Of a stretch of 64,000 nt of DNA, positions 1-10,427 are shown piece after piece. The translations under genes and the position numbers were made by a program. Position 1 is the first letter of the stretch. Every line of letters begins with the position of its first letter. The notes beneath the pieces were generated by a model, which made no database searches, was not told where the DNA came from, and saw nothing but the letters and a program-made list of their open reading frames with translations. This stretch comes from a virus (lineage: Duplodnaviria > Caudoviricetes): positions 75,525 through 139,524 of IMG/VR virus record IMGVR_UViG_3300033463_000027; one strand, written 5' to 3'.

Positions 1-176
1 GATAGATACGAACTTACAGACAGAAACGGACAGAAGATGAACATTAACGATCTGAACGGATATCAAAAAGGTGTTGTACTCAATGACTGTTATGCTTACT
101 ATGTAGGCGGCAAATATCACGGAGATGCAAAAGAACCTTGTGGAGTTATCCGCATAACTGAAACGGAGGTATAACT

Positions 177-1094
177 ATGAATGAACTGAAAAACTTGCTT
201 GCTCTTAGCAGGAACGCATTACAGGTGTGCTATTATCAGCTTAACATGGATTTTGAAAAGCCCTTTACAGTTATAGAGGGCAATGGTAAATTTACCGCAA
301 ACTCTATCGGTAAAAGGATTTTTGAAGTCACTGGAATGACACGGAAAAATTGCAAGGCTGCACTTTATCTGCGGAATGATAATAAGTACAGAAGCGATTA
401 CACAAAACTGTATTTTGTGAAATACGATTGTGATTTTGAGTCTGTTGATACGCTTAGTAAAGTTATTTTTAAACATAAGTACATAGATGATTTTTGGAGA
501 AAATCAGACTTTGAAGCTGAACGCAAGAAAGACACGGCTCATTGGTGGATAGTTGTACAGAATAAACAGTATCTTCGTGAAAAGAAAGAGTTCCAGCCTA
601 TTGACTTCGGAGAAAGATACAATAGAGTTTATTCAGAACATTACGCTATACTAGGCAATGAACGGAAACGTATCAAGTACAGTCCGTGCTTTTATCCTTC
701 GCGCAGACCAACGGAGAAAGATATTCTTGATAAATCAGGATATATCCGTTGGGAAAATGTTATTACATATCAGAGGAAAGCAAAAGCCTTGAAAGCAGAA
801 AGAGAAAAGGCTGCGGCAAGTCTCTTTGATTGTTCGGAAGCAACTGAACGAATCGGAAAAGCTCTACTTGACATTCGTGATGCCTTGTCTAAAGCCCTAA
901 AGAATAATGTTAGGGCAGGAAAAATAAGAAACGTTTTGCACGATCTGGAATGGGTCGAATCCGACTATAACAACCATTGTTCAAAAATTGCAAAAGTCAC
1001 CTATTCTTCGATTGAGGATATCAACACTAATATTGATAACATGATGGCAAGAATCAACAGAATGAACACAGATATTGCGGAATTTGATAAATGA
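177..1094 (+). CDS. hypothetical phage protein (305 aa)
   Basis: Long ORF with GGAGG RBS upstream; no motif recognised. Confidence 0.7.
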   Translation: MNELKNLLALSRNALQVCYYQLNMDFEKPFTVIEGNGKFTANSIGKRIFEVTGMTRKNCKAALYLRNDNKYRSDYTKLYFVKYDCDFESVDTLSKVIFKHKYIDDFWRKSDFEAERKKDTAHWWIVVQNKQYLREKKEFQPIDFGERYNRVYSEHYAILGNERKRIKYSPCFYPSRRPTEKDILDKSGYIRWENVITYQRKAKALKAEREKAAASLFDCSEATERIGKALLDIRDALSKALKNNVRAGKIRNVLHDLEWVESDYNNHCSKIAKVTYSSIEDINTNIDNMMARINRMNTDIAEFDK

Positions 1095-1200
1095 CATACA
1101 ATATATAGTGTTTACAGAACAGAAACGGCACAAAATATGGTGTTGGAATCCGAATAAAAGGTAAGTTTTAGCGGCTGTCCTATCGGCTTGACGGGGAGAA

Positions 1201-1890
1201 ATGGAGTATATCATGAATAAGAACAAATTAGAAATAATACTTGAAAAGCACAATAAATGGTGGAATAATGAGGAAGGAGGAGAAAGAGCTGACTTGTGCG
1301 GAGCTGACTTGCGCGAAGCTGACTTGCGCGGAGCTAACTTGCGCGAAGCTGACTTGCGCGGAGCTAACTTGTGCGGAGCTAACTTGTGCGGAGCTAACTT
1401 GCGCGGAGCTAACTTGCGCGGAGCTAACTTGTGCGGAGCTAACTTGCGCGGAGCTAACTTGTGCGGAGCTAACTTGCGCGGAGCTAACTTGCGCGGAGCT
1501 GACTTGCGCGAAGCTGACTTGCGCGGAGCTAATCTATCTATGGCAGAAAATTTATTGTCTGCTATTGCTTACATTAAGGACAACTTTGAAACGACCAATG
1601 AAGGAATTGTTGTTTATAAAACTTTCGGTGGGTCTTATAATCCTCCTGAAAAATGGGTTATACAGTCTGGCTCGATATTATCGGAGAACTGCAATATGAA
1701 TCGCACTGATTTATGCGGCTGTGGAATCAATGTTGCACCTATTGAATGGGTAAAAAATAATTATTGTGGTGATATATGGAAATGCCTTATCCGTTGGGAG
1801 TGGCTTTGTGGAGTTTGTGTACCTTATAATACAGATGGAAAAATAAGGGCTGAAATGGTGGAGCTCATTGAAATAGTTGATAGAGATTAA
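1201..1890 (+). CDS. pentapeptide-repeat protein
   Basis: 16 tandem A[DN]L[RC][GE] repeats after a typical HNKWW..GGERADL N-terminus; start may be 1213. Confidence 0.92.
   Translation: MEYIMNKNKLEIILEKHNKWWNNEEGGERADLCGADLREADLRGANLREADLRGANLCGANLCGANLRGANLRGANLCGANLRGANLCGANLRGANLRGADLREADLRGANLSMAENLLSAIAYIKDNFETTNEGIVVYKTFGGSYNPPEKWVIQSGSILSENCNMNRTDLCGCGINVAPIEWVKNNYCGDIWKCLIRWEWLCGVCVPYNTDGKIRAEMVELIEIVDRD
1288..1527 (+). repeat. 15-bp coding tandem repeat, 16 copies (GCTRACTTGYGCGRA)
   Basis: Directly visible; only three positions vary between units. Confidence 0.97.
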
Positions 1891-2041
1891 TAATAAAGGC
1901 TTTCCGGATTGAACCTTAATCAATCCGCTACAAACAAAGCGGAGTAAATCTCCGCTTACATACACGATCTATCCGCATGAGGATTGAAAGTGTACCATAT
2001 TCAGAAGTAAACGGAAATGTAACACAATAGGAGGAATAACT

Positions 2042-2326
2042 ATGACAGTAATTCAGCGTATCAAACAGGCGGTCAATAATCTTGACTGTGAAACGGATAA
2101 CATTGACAAAATAATAGCTCTTGCCTATATGATTGGCAAGGAAAAAGCAACTCGTGAAGTATCTAACGCATACAATAAATTACTTGCTGAACAGCGGGAA
2201 CGTGCGGAGAAATGCCGTTATCACAATATGGCTACGGAAATAGTTGGTGACAAGGAATACATATACTTCGGAGATTATGACGGGGCTATGTGTTATACTT
2301 TCGGAAGTGATGAAACGGAGGTGTGA
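2042..2326 (+). CDS. hypothetical early protein
   Basis: ORF with AGGAGG RBS. Confidence 0.7.
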   Translation: MTVIQRIKQAVNNLDCETDNIDKIIALAYMIGKEKATREVSNAYNKLLAEQRERAEKCRYHNMATEIVGDKEYIYFGDYDGAMCYTFGSDETEV

Positions 2327-2332
2327 CCCACA

Positions 2333-2686
2333 ATGACAATAGCAGAATTTAAAAACCACAACAAAGAAAACAATATGCCTTACGAATGGATAGGTCAAGG
2401 CTATGGCTACAAAGTAACCGATACCGCATGGGACGATCTGAACGATGACGATATTATTTATATCCCCGAGTATGGCTACGACAAGAAAGATGACGGAACT
2501 GTTTTTGTAAGCAGAAATGATGCGTATAGCAAGAGTGATTTCATTCAGCTAATAAGGGAACTGGGCGATAGATACCTTGATATTGGTAGACAGGTGGAAG
2601 TCAAGCGAATGGCTGCGAAACTCTTTGAAGCTGTTGACTGGCAATATCCGGAGAGTTTATTGAATGAGGGATTTTTTGAGGAATAA
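2333..2686 (+). CDS. hypothetical early protein
   Basis: ORF with GGAGG RBS in tightly packed + strand run. Confidence 0.7.
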   Translation: MTIAEFKNHNKENNMPYEWIGQGYGYKVTDTAWDDLNDDDIIYIPEYGYDKKDDGTVFVSRNDAYSKSDFIQLIRELGDRYLDIGRQVEVKRMAAKLFEAVDWQYPESLLNEGFFEE

Positions 2687-2695
2687 AAGGAGTGA

Positions 2696-2890
2696 GTGAG
2701 AATGAATAATTTATTAGTTATACCAAAATGTGAAAATCATGGTGTGCAGCTTGAATATGTCATACCTCGGACTTATGAACAGCGTTTTGTAGGTGCTATG
2801 TATTGCTGTCCTTACTGTAATAGATCGCGGCTTTATCCTTCAAAGGAAGCGCAAAAACAATTGGAGGATATGATAAACAAAAACAAATAA
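2696..2890 (+). CDS. small zinc-ribbon-like protein
   Basis: CxxH and CPYC motifs, AAGGAG RBS. Confidence 0.55.
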   Translation: MRMNNLLVIPKCENHGVQLEYVIPRTYEQRFVGAMYCCPYCNRSRLYPSKEAQKQLEDMINKNK

Positions 2891-2921
2891 AACAGTTGTT
2901 TTGTGAAAGGAGTATTGGTTT

Positions 2922-3128
2922 ATGAAAGATATTATCAGACGTTTGCTTATCAAAGCAAGCGAAGAAAAGGACTTAGAACTTGCGGAAATAGCAAGTGATT
3001 TGATGGGAGAGCTTGCCAGCACATACAATGCTCCCTCAAATTGGCGTGATATTCTTGACGAACTGCATGAGGAATTTATAGATAATGAATGGCTCATGAA
3101 CTCGGTGTATGAGTTTGCAATGTATTGA
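2922..3128 (+). CDS. hypothetical protein
   Basis: AAGGAG RBS, packed ORF. Confidence 0.65.
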   Translation: MKDIIRRLLIKASEEKDLELAEIASDLMGELASTYNAPSNWRDILDELHEEFIDNEWLMNSVYEFAMY

Positions 3129-3143
3129 AAGAAGTGTTGATCT

Positions 3144-3356
3144 ATGAAAAGAGTAACATTATGTAGCGCACCTACAAAGGAGGAACTTGAAAAGGTTATC
3201 AATGAATACTTTTGTAGCACCAATTATTTCATAGCTGCGGATAATCAAACTGTTATCAATGTAAAAACAGGTCTGACTTGGGGTAAGAATAACGGATTTG
3301 AGGTAAGACAGACAAAGCGCAGATGGGCTTTTGTTAGGTATGTGGATAGTGTTTGA
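3144..3356 (+). CDS. hypothetical protein
   Basis: Packed ORF. Confidence 0.6.
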   Translation: MKRVTLCSAPTKEELEKVINEYFCSTNYFIAADNQTVINVKTGLTWGKNNGFEVRQTKRRWAFVRYVDSV

Positions 3357-3370
3357 AAGGAGTGCTGACT

Positions 3371-3676
3371 ATGAGTTACACAAGGCAAATCGGAGAAATG
3401 GTTATAACTGTAGTATGCGCTGCAAATCCTGAACAGACATATAACGATCACTATGAGGATATCAAGCGTATGATTGAAGCTGACGGATATATCCCTGTTA
3501 CCTCTATGGATAATCTGATTAAGAACATTGTTCTTATGTTTGATTGTGATGACAACTATGGGGAGTATGACAAAGAAACAGGGTGCGGTGGTTACGGAGA
3601 AGCGTTCACTATGACAGAGTGCAGAAACTATGTGCTTGATAGTGGTGGATATGCGGAGTTTGACTATTATTGTTGA
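3371..3676 (+). CDS. hypothetical acidic protein
   Basis: AAAGGAG RBS before ATG 3371. Confidence 0.65.
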   Translation: MSYTRQIGEMVITVVCAANPEQTYNDHYEDIKRMIEADGYIPVTSMDNLIKNIVLMFDCDDNYGEYDKETGCGGYGEAFTMTECRNYVLDSGGYAEFDYYC

Positions 3677-3691
3677 AAGGTGGAATAAGAT

Positions 3692-3916
3692 ATGAAAAAC
3701 TTTTATTGCGCTATCAGTCAGCAGATCGGAGACTATCGCAATGCTTATGTTGGACAGTTTTCAAGTAGCGATAATCTCTTGAAATTCTGTGAACGCAGAC
3801 AGCGGGAAGGCGCACAGGTTGTCATGGTGTGCGAATCCAAAAAGCAAGCAGAACGCATTGTTGAGGAATGGAATGAAACCTATAAATCCGATGGAACTCA
3901 TTTACTTACTTCTTAA
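3692..3916 (+). CDS. hypothetical protein
   Basis: AAGGTGG RBS. Confidence 0.6.
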   Translation: MKNFYCAISQQIGDYRNAYVGQFSSSDNLLKFCERRQREGAQVVMVCESKKQAERIVEEWNETYKSDGTHLLTS

Positions 3917-4034
3917 CTTACATAAGCCCACTGCGGGGCTTTGTACCGCAGACAACACGGAATGAAGCGCATGAACTTCGGACTGTGAACCATTTACATT
4001 TAACTGTTTACTTATGAAAGGACGTTGATTACTT

Positions 4035-5267
4035 ATGAAAACAACAATGACTATTACTGCGGAGAACTTTAAGAGGGCTGTCAAGGCGGCTGTAAGCTGC
4101 TGCGTATATGCGACTGTCCCTGCCCTTGGTGATGTGTACATGGATATTGGCAAGAATGGGGTGTTTATAGCTTGCGACCTTGAACAGTATGTACGCTGTT
4201 CGTTTAATCCAGTGAAATACTCAGATGATACAATCGGAGTAAGTGTAGACTTTTCTATGTTGAAAAAGATTGCAGACATAAAAGGAGAAAACATCACGTT
4301 TACCTATGACGAAAGCGCAGAGCATGAACTTAAAATCTCCAATGGTAAGAAGTGTATAACTCTTGCTTGTACGCTCGTGGATAATTCGGCGGGAAGTAAC
4401 GACTTTAACAGAGAAACTTATTCTATTCCTTTTGAAATGGATAGAAAAGAAATTATGCAACTTGACAGCGAGGAACTTCTTATTACTATTAAAAACACAT
4501 CTGTGTTCACTTGTAAGACAGATATTAAGCCTATTCTGAAAGGCTATCATTTCAATGGACACGATAACGTCATTGAAACTATTGACGGGTATCATTGTGT
4601 ACGCAAAGACTGGAAAACAGGTGTGCTTAACAGTGACTACTTCGAGACTGTTGGCGAAAAACTCATAAATATTAAGAACATTTTTAATAAGAATGACGGA
4701 ATGATCACTATATATGGTGCTGAAAGTATGGAGAGTAAGCTGGACTTTGGTAAATACAAGTATACCTTGTTCAGTCTTACGGAAGGTGATATGAAAATAG
4801 AGTATGCCGTAAGAAATTTGCAAGGTGAGTTTTGTAACGTCAAGAACTCATATCCTACTACATTCCAAACATACGGAACTGCTAAAGCTGGCTCTTTGAT
4901 AGAGCTTTGCAAGGAGTATTCTAAGTTTATCAGTGAAAAAGCTCCTAATCCTATCATTTTTCATCAGGTCGATGATGTTGTGTATGCAAGTTTAAGGACA
5001 GTATCTATTAAATTCTGTGAACCTACAGAAATAAAAATAGATGGTGCTCCGCTTTCGGCAGGATATAAGAACGCATTTCTTATGGAAGGATTGAGCGTTT
5101 TTGACAAGAATGAAACGATTAACATGAAAACAAATGGAAATTTATACCCCTTGCTTATTGAGAATAACGAATATCATGTACTTGTTCTTCCAATCAGATT
5201 AGACAATGACATTATATCTGATGTTGAAAAAGATATTGCATTACTTAATAGCAAGGAGGCGGTCTGA
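4035..5267 (+). CDS. divergent DNA polymerase III beta sliding-clamp-like protein
   Basis: About 400 aa with clamp-like motifs ACDLE, KPILKGYHF, TIDGYH and C-terminal VLVLPIRL. Confidence 0.7.
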   Translation: MKTTMTITAENFKRAVKAAVSCCVYATVPALGDVYMDIGKNGVFIACDLEQYVRCSFNPVKYSDDTIGVSVDFSMLKKIADIKGENITFTYDESAEHELKISNGKKCITLACTLVDNSAGSNDFNRETYSIPFEMDRKEIMQLDSEELLITIKNTSVFTCKTDIKPILKGYHFNGHDNVIETIDGYHCVRKDWKTGVLNSDYFETVGEKLINIKNIFNKNDGMITIYGAESMESKLDFGKYKYTLFSLTEGDMKIEYAVRNLQGEFCNVKNSYPTTFQTYGTAKAGSLIELCKEYSKFISEKAPNPIIFHQVDDVVYASLRTVSIKFCEPTEIKIDGAPLSAGYKNAFLMEGLSVFDKNETINMKTNGNLYPLLIENNEYHVLVLPIRLDNDIISDVEKDIALLNSKEAV

Positions 5268-5405
5268 ATGTTAGGAATAGCTATTGTAGTTATATACTAT
5301 ATCGGCTGTCTGATTGCAGACACCTTCCGAAAGTACAAGTAAATAGATAGGGGGAACCGAGCGGCAGCGGAATGGTCTGCCGCATGAATGAGGGAGGAAT
5401 GATTT

Positions 5406-5756
5406 ATGAATACTGTTATACATTTCGCAGGAAGTTGTGTTGTGCATGACGATACAAAAGCATTACAGGAAACGGAATACGCTCTGTATCACACGGGGCT
5501 TTTTGAAAATAATAACGTAAGTATTATTGAGGTTACGTGTGGAGAACTTGCACAGAATCGGATTGTAACTCAGACTCGCCGTGAAGCTGACCTATTGGGA
5601 AATGGAATCCTTGCCCTTATCAAACAGACAGATGAAGCTATATGTGCTTTAAATGGAAACTGTGCAAAGGCAGCAATTGAGATAGCAGATTATCGGAGAG
5701 AGTTAATTGAGTTGCTTGATAAGATTAGGAGTTTGGAAAAGGAAAGTGACGAATAA
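5406..5756 (+). CDS. hypothetical protein
   Basis: GGAGG RBS. Confidence 0.65.
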   Translation: MNTVIHFAGSCVVHDDTKALQETEYALYHTGLFENNNVSIIEVTCGELAQNRIVTQTRREADLLGNGILALIKQTDEAICALNGNCAKAAIEIADYRRELIELLDKIRSLEKESDE

Positions 5757-5760
5757 TCCC

Positions 5761-5789
5761 TTGACAATCAAGGGATAATATGTTAAAAT
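5761..5789 (+). promoter_or_regulatory. sigma-A promoter
   Basis: TTGACA-17 bp-TAAAAT with extended TG. Confidence 0.8.
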
Positions 5790-5812
5790 TAACATCAAAG
5801 GAGTGTTGTTTT

Positions 5813-6118
5813 ATGCGCAAATGGAAATACAAGTTGTTCACAGGCAAGGCTTTGAGAGAAGCTATAAGAGAGGATAGTAATGAAGCTACTTTAGAAGCGT
5901 TAAGGACTTGCTATAGGGAAATTCATAGGGCAATGCCTGATTGGTATGACGAAGATGATCTGGAAAACGACTGTGCAGAGATTGATAATCAGTTAGATAA
6001 CTGTAACAATTATGTTGATTATGATATGACTGAGGACGATGTTCAGAATGAAATTAACTATTTACTCAGAGACTTTTATGACTTCTGTGATTGTAATGGT
6101 ATTTGGGTAGGACTGTAA
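5813..6118 (+). CDS. hypothetical acidic protein (paralog of pseudogene at 15588)
   Basis: AAGGAG RBS; ATG 5813 lies downstream of the promoter. Confidence 0.75.
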   Translation: MRKWKYKLFTGKALREAIREDSNEATLEALRTCYREIHRAMPDWYDEDDLENDCAEIDNQLDNCNNYVDYDMTEDDVQNEINYLLRDFYDFCDCNGIWVGL

Positions 6119-6132
6119 AGGAGTGAATAGAA

Positions 6133-6330
6133 ATGAAAGTTAAAATAGGAACTATTCTTTTTGACGAATGTAGCGGAAATTATTTCAGAGTTGACAGCGA
6201 ATATAAAGAGTTGCAGCATGGTTATTGGTGTACTCAGGTAGAGCTTGACGATGATGGAGAAATTATTTCCGAAGAATCAAGCGGGTGGAGAACAAAGAAA
6301 GAAGTCGAAAGCTGTATTGATAATTCTTAA
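6133..6330 (+). CDS. hypothetical protein
   Basis: AAGGAG RBS. Confidence 0.6.
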   Translation: MKVKIGTILFDECSGNYFRVDSEYKELQHGYWCTQVELDDDGEIISEESSGWRTKKEVESCIDNS

Positions 6331-6342
6331 AAGGGTGGTTTT

Positions 6343-6738
6343 ATGAAAACTTATGTAAAGATAGAAAACGTAGACGAGCGTTTTGATACTATGCAGGACG
6401 CTACTCAGTATGCAGAGGACAATTTCGATGACGAGATTGAATCCTTTGAAATGGACGTATACTCGGAAAGCGGAAAGCATATTGATAATCAGACTGTCGA
6501 GCGGAATCCATATAGTAATCAGTTTGTTTACGCTGCTTGGGGTTTTGGCGTGAGTAAATGGAATGATGACGAATATGATTGGTATGGAGATGTGTTTGAT
6601 ACTCTGGATCAGCTTCTTGAAAACGAGGATTATCTTTCTGCAAAAGCAAAAGGTTATGGACTGCGCGTGGAGAAGTATACTCAGACTGTTGACGAGAATA
6701 TTGGAGATGTGGTAGACATCTATTCGGAGGACGATTAA
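6343..6738 (+). CDS. hypothetical highly acidic protein
   Basis: D/E-rich ORF with RBS. Confidence 0.65.
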   Translation: MKTYVKIENVDERFDTMQDATQYAEDNFDDEIESFEMDVYSESGKHIDNQTVERNPYSNQFVYAAWGFGVSKWNDDEYDWYGDVFDTLDQLLENEDYLSAKAKGYGLRVEKYTQTVDENIGDVVDIYSEDD

Positions 6739-6740
6739 CT

Positions 6741-7148
6741 ATGGCTATATCTCAAATAGAAATTATCTGTGAACATTGCGGAAGAACATTCAAGCACAGG
6801 CACAAATGTTATAACCGTGATGCTGCGGAATCATACACGGAATGGGCGAAAGAGAATGTAACCATTTGCCCTGATTGTTACCGAGAAATTCAGAGAGAAA
6901 TAGAACGCAAACGTATTGAAGAGCTTACAAAAGATATGCCAGTTACCGCAGAGCTTCAAGGCAGTGAAAAACAGGTAAGATGGGCGAACGATATTCGCAA
7001 GAAAGCTCTTAGTTTTGTTGCCGATAGAAAACCTAAACAGGCATTTTGGAATGCTGTAAATTCAAAAACTGATGCTGTGTGGTGGATAGATCATTGTGAT
7101 AAGTTAGATAACATTTATGACTTTGCAAGATTATTGGAGGAAAAATAA
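6741..7148 (+). CDS. conserved hypothetical zinc-binding mobile-element protein
   Basis: CEHC and CPDC pairs plus LQGSEKQVRWANDIR motif. Confidence 0.65.
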   Translation: MAISQIEIICEHCGRTFKHRHKCYNRDAAESYTEWAKENVTICPDCYREIQREIERKRIEELTKDMPVTAELQGSEKQVRWANDIRKKALSFVADRKPKQAFWNAVNSKTDAVWWIDHCDKLDNIYDFARLLEEK

Positions 7149-7814
7149 ATGGATATTTTAGAACGAATTAAAGAGCGTGGATATGAAGTAATGAAAGCTG
7201 ACTATGATGATGTAGACGATCCTTATGCGTTTAATTATGCGAGAGTTGTCATCAAAACCCCTGCCGGAAATATAAAGCCTATTGTTGGAACGCTCGATAG
7301 ACTTTTATACATAAAAGATAAAACATTACAGACTTCTCAGAGAGAACTTATTGAAGCTATTTATCACCCCGATAAAAATGGTTGGTGTCTTTTGGAGAAT
7401 GGATTTGACCTTAAAAGCAAATCTGTTTTTGAAAAAGCAGAAGAGCAGCTTGGATTGAAAAGTTATAAAACTGAGGAAGAGGGAGCTTCAATCGAAAATG
7501 AAAGCACTGTAAAATTCCTCACTCACTTTGTCAATGGTGAAGCATATCTAACTGTCATTGATGGAGAATATGTAGTACAGCTATTTCATCAGGCAGACAT
7601 TGATTGTTTTATCACAGACACGTTTGTGTTCGATCATGAGCCTACTTTGGAAGAATTTCATGCAGCTTACGATCTTATGCAATTTAAGGTTTGCCTTATG
7701 TGTAAGAGAATTAAAGAAATTGATGGTGAAATGTATTGGTTTGAACAATTAAGAAGATATAAAGACCTACTCGGAAACGCATATTCTATGCTTGTCGAGA
7801 TAACTAAAAATTAA
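7149..7814 (+). CDS. hypothetical protein
   Basis: GGAGG RBS, 221 aa. Confidence 0.7.
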   Translation: MDILERIKERGYEVMKADYDDVDDPYAFNYARVVIKTPAGNIKPIVGTLDRLLYIKDKTLQTSQRELIEAIYHPDKNGWCLLENGFDLKSKSVFEKAEEQLGLKSYKTEEEGASIENESTVKFLTHFVNGEAYLTVIDGEYVVQLFHQADIDCFITDTFVFDHEPTLEEFHAAYDLMQFKVCLMCKRIKEIDGEMYWFEQLRRYKDLLGNAYSMLVEITKN

Positions 7815-7934
7815 ATTGATATATATAACTTTTGACCTTCCACTCAGCGGAAATAAATCTGTTGAGTGGAATTTGTTCACCCACATTTCAAATGTGAATA
7901 TTGTGTAAAATTTTGCGCTGTACCCAAAACGCTA

Positions 7935-7963
7935 TTGACAACAAGAGCGAAAGGATATATAAT
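7935..7963 (+). promoter_or_regulatory. sigma-A promoter flanked by TGTACCYAA boxes
   Basis: TTGACA-17 bp-TATAAT; boxes at 7919 and 7983. Confidence 0.85.
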
Positions 7964-8011
7964 AGATAATAGAAATATACAATGTACCTAATCAGAGAGG
8001 TGAAAGCAAAA

Positions 8012-8575
8012 ATGACTTATGAAGTAGTTATACAGGAAACCTTACAGCGTTCAATCTGTGTTGAAGCGGAGACAGAACAAGAAGCTGTAGAGAAGGTGGA
8101 CGAAATGGTATCAAGCGGAGAATTGGTACTTAACGCTGATGACTTTACAGACAGAAAGTATAAGGTCGCTCCCATGTATGCGGCGAGTGTAGTTTGCCCG
8201 AACAGAAAAGATGAATGGGTAAGACGTATTCTCGCTATCGGAACAGGGGAGGATATGACATTGCAATTAAACCGAAATACTTTTATGTGGGTGGAGCGAT
8301 TTATAGAAAATGAAACTGACATACTCTTAGTCGAGATCGACAAGGGGTCTATTGAGAACTGTGACGGAGAAGATATAACAGTCTTTAATAAAGTTAAGGA
8401 AACGTATAAGCTCGATTTGATGGACATAAGAACGTGTGTAGACACGTTACTTGATTTGTTTGATTATTATGTCAAACCCACCACAAGTCCCGCCGATGTG
8501 GTCAGGGGAGTTTTTGGAATGGTAGTTGCAATTGGGTTGTTGTCAACATTTTCGGTGCTGATGTCACTATTATGA
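8012..8575 (+). CDS. DpnD/PcfM-like domain protein with hydrophobic C-terminus
   Basis: YEVVIQETLQRSICVEAETEQEA...VLNADDF signature. Confidence 0.7.
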   Translation: MTYEVVIQETLQRSICVEAETEQEAVEKVDEMVSSGELVLNADDFTDRKYKVAPMYAASVVCPNRKDEWVRRILAIGTGEDMTLQLNRNTFMWVERFIENETDILLVEIDKGSIENCDGEDITVFNKVKETYKLDLMDIRTCVDTLLDLFDYYVKPTTSPADVVRGVFGMVVAIGLLSTFSVLMSLL

Positions 8576-8845
8576 AAGAAAGGAGTGAACAAACCATGCA
8601 GAATGACATTGATGCTGTTATCAGACAGGTTTTGGTGCAAGCAGTCAATGGCAAGGTATCAGATTTCTATGCTTTGGTAACTGCGGAGTACGAGCCTGAT
8701 ATGTACACTCGTGAAGATGACTATTTTGTGGCGAGAAAAAGAATACAGCATAAGGCAGAAACCGTAAGGTTTGTTCACCTCTATGCGGAGTAAACAAACG
8801 CAAAGTGCGTTTGACATATACTATTATCTAAAGGAGAAATGTCCT

Positions 8846-10069
8846 ATGAACACATTAACAACAGCAAATGTAAGCGGAATGTCACTTCCCATTATGGAAG
8901 TAAACGGAACAAGAGTGTTGACTACAGCACAGTTAGCGGAGTGCTATGGAACAACGGAGCGCAGGATATCTGAAAACTTTAATGCCAACAAAGATCGGTA
9001 TGAAAAAAACAAACATTATGTTGCTCTCGAAGGCGAAGAGAAACGGAATTTTCTCAACCATACGAAAATTCCGTATGGTTCAAAAGCCGCAAAATTTTAT
9101 CTCTGGACAGAACGCGGAGCTTTACTTCATGCAAAGTCTCTTGGAACTAATAAGGCATGGGAAGTATACGATATATTGGTGGACAATTATTTTACCTCTG
9201 CTAAGATAGTTACCATCACGCCTACCGATGCTGCTCGAATACTTGCAGAGAATAATCTAAACAACAGAAAAATCAATCAAGCGAACGTTCGGAAGTACGC
9301 CGACGATATGCTACTTGGTAAGTTTGAACTTAACGGAGATACTATTCGCTTCTACGCCGATGGAACCTTGGCAGATGGACAGCATAGACTTATGGCTTGT
9401 GTGCTTTCAGGAGTTCCTTTTAAAACCTATGTAGTTAAGGGTTTGGAGAAAAAGGTTCTTCCCACTATTGACTGCGGCAAGCCCCGGAATATGGTTGAAA
9501 CTCTGAACATGATAGGTTGTGGAGTAAATAAGATGATAGTTCCTGCGATGAACCTTTACTTTAATAATAGAGCGAGTCTTACTGCTAATCAGGTACAAGT
9601 CCTTTGGGATAAGTATTCGGATAAACTTGAAAAACTATGTACTATATTAAAGGGAAGTCACCACGATCACATTCTCTCACAGAAAGACGTAAGGGCATAC
9701 TTTATGCACTTACTGTTAGCGGAGAACTGGACAGAAGATGATGTTCAAACCTTTGTCAACGGATTAAAGACCAAACCTAATTGCGCAACCAATTTCGATT
9801 ATACTTGTTATAATTTCAGACGTTGGTACGACCGCAGGATTCATAGAAAGATTACCGATGGCAAGAAGTGTAAGAACAATCCCAAGTCTTTGATGACTAT
9901 TGAAGGATTATGTACTGTTGCGGATTCGTATATACAAGACAAGCAGTATAACAAGTTTGCTGGAACTAAGTTGACACGCGCCAATGGAGTTCTTGAAAGA
10001 GGACAAGCGTTAGCTCAGATACAGTTTCAGTTAATGGAATCCTCTAACTTAACATTGACCTCTACTTAA
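8846..10069 (+). CDS. ORF6N antirepressor-type DNA-binding domain fused to a DGQHR (ParB/Srx-like) domain
   Basis: RVLTTAQLAECYG and LWTERGALLHAKSL (ORF6N); NNRKI and ADGQHRL; AAGGAG RBS before ATG 8846. Confidence 0.75.
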   Translation: MNTLTTANVSGMSLPIMEVNGTRVLTTAQLAECYGTTERRISENFNANKDRYEKNKHYVALEGEEKRNFLNHTKIPYGSKAAKFYLWTERGALLHAKSLGTNKAWEVYDILVDNYFTSAKIVTITPTDAARILAENNLNNRKINQANVRKYADDMLLGKFELNGDTIRFYADGTLADGQHRLMACVLSGVPFKTYVVKGLEKKVLPTIDCGKPRNMVETLNMIGCGVNKMIVPAMNLYFNNRASLTANQVQVLWDKYSDKLEKLCTILKGSHHDHILSQKDVRAYFMHLLLAENWTEDDVQTFVNGLKTKPNCATNFDYTCYNFRRWYDRRIHRKITDGKKCKNNPKSLMTIEGLCTVADSYIQDKQYNKFAGTKLTRANGVLERGQALAQIQFQLMESSNLTLTST

Positions 10070-10133
10070 TTGTTCATAGGAAGGGCTTTCGCGGCTGTGC
10101 CTAACAACCGCGATTTATAATCGCTTAGAGTGC

Positions 10134-10427
10134 GTCAATAACTCACTGCTTATAGAAGCAGGAGCTTGTAAATGCTCAAATTGACTACCCTAAGTTCTTC
10201 AAGAACTACGTTATGCAAGAATTGTATAAGTTCTTTTATACTAAATAGTTACCCGTGAGCGTTATGCCTAACTTGCGGCTCTAAGGCAAATGGTTAAATA
10301 GTTCTGTGGAGTAGGAACAGTGCTGTTCGCAGTAAAACCTTGCAATAACATTGGGGAAGGCATTTAACAGCTTTGTATGTGCTGTCTTACAGAGTAGAAC
10401 ATACAATTTGACTGAAAGGAGTGTTTT
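10134..10427 (+). ncRNA. omegaRNA scaffold upstream of iscB
   Basis: About 290-nt non-coding leader with typical TTGACTA, CTACGTTA, GCTCTAAGG and AACATTGGGGAAGG segments. Confidence 0.8.

Noticed and set aside
1241-1699. ORF with TCAEL repeats
   Set aside because: Alternate-frame shadow of the pentapeptide repeat.
10335-10360. Gapped match of array unit 3 to the IscB omegaRNA (CAnTGnGGnAG)
   Set aside because: Only the last four dinucleotides match and the preceding ones do not; consistent with chance.
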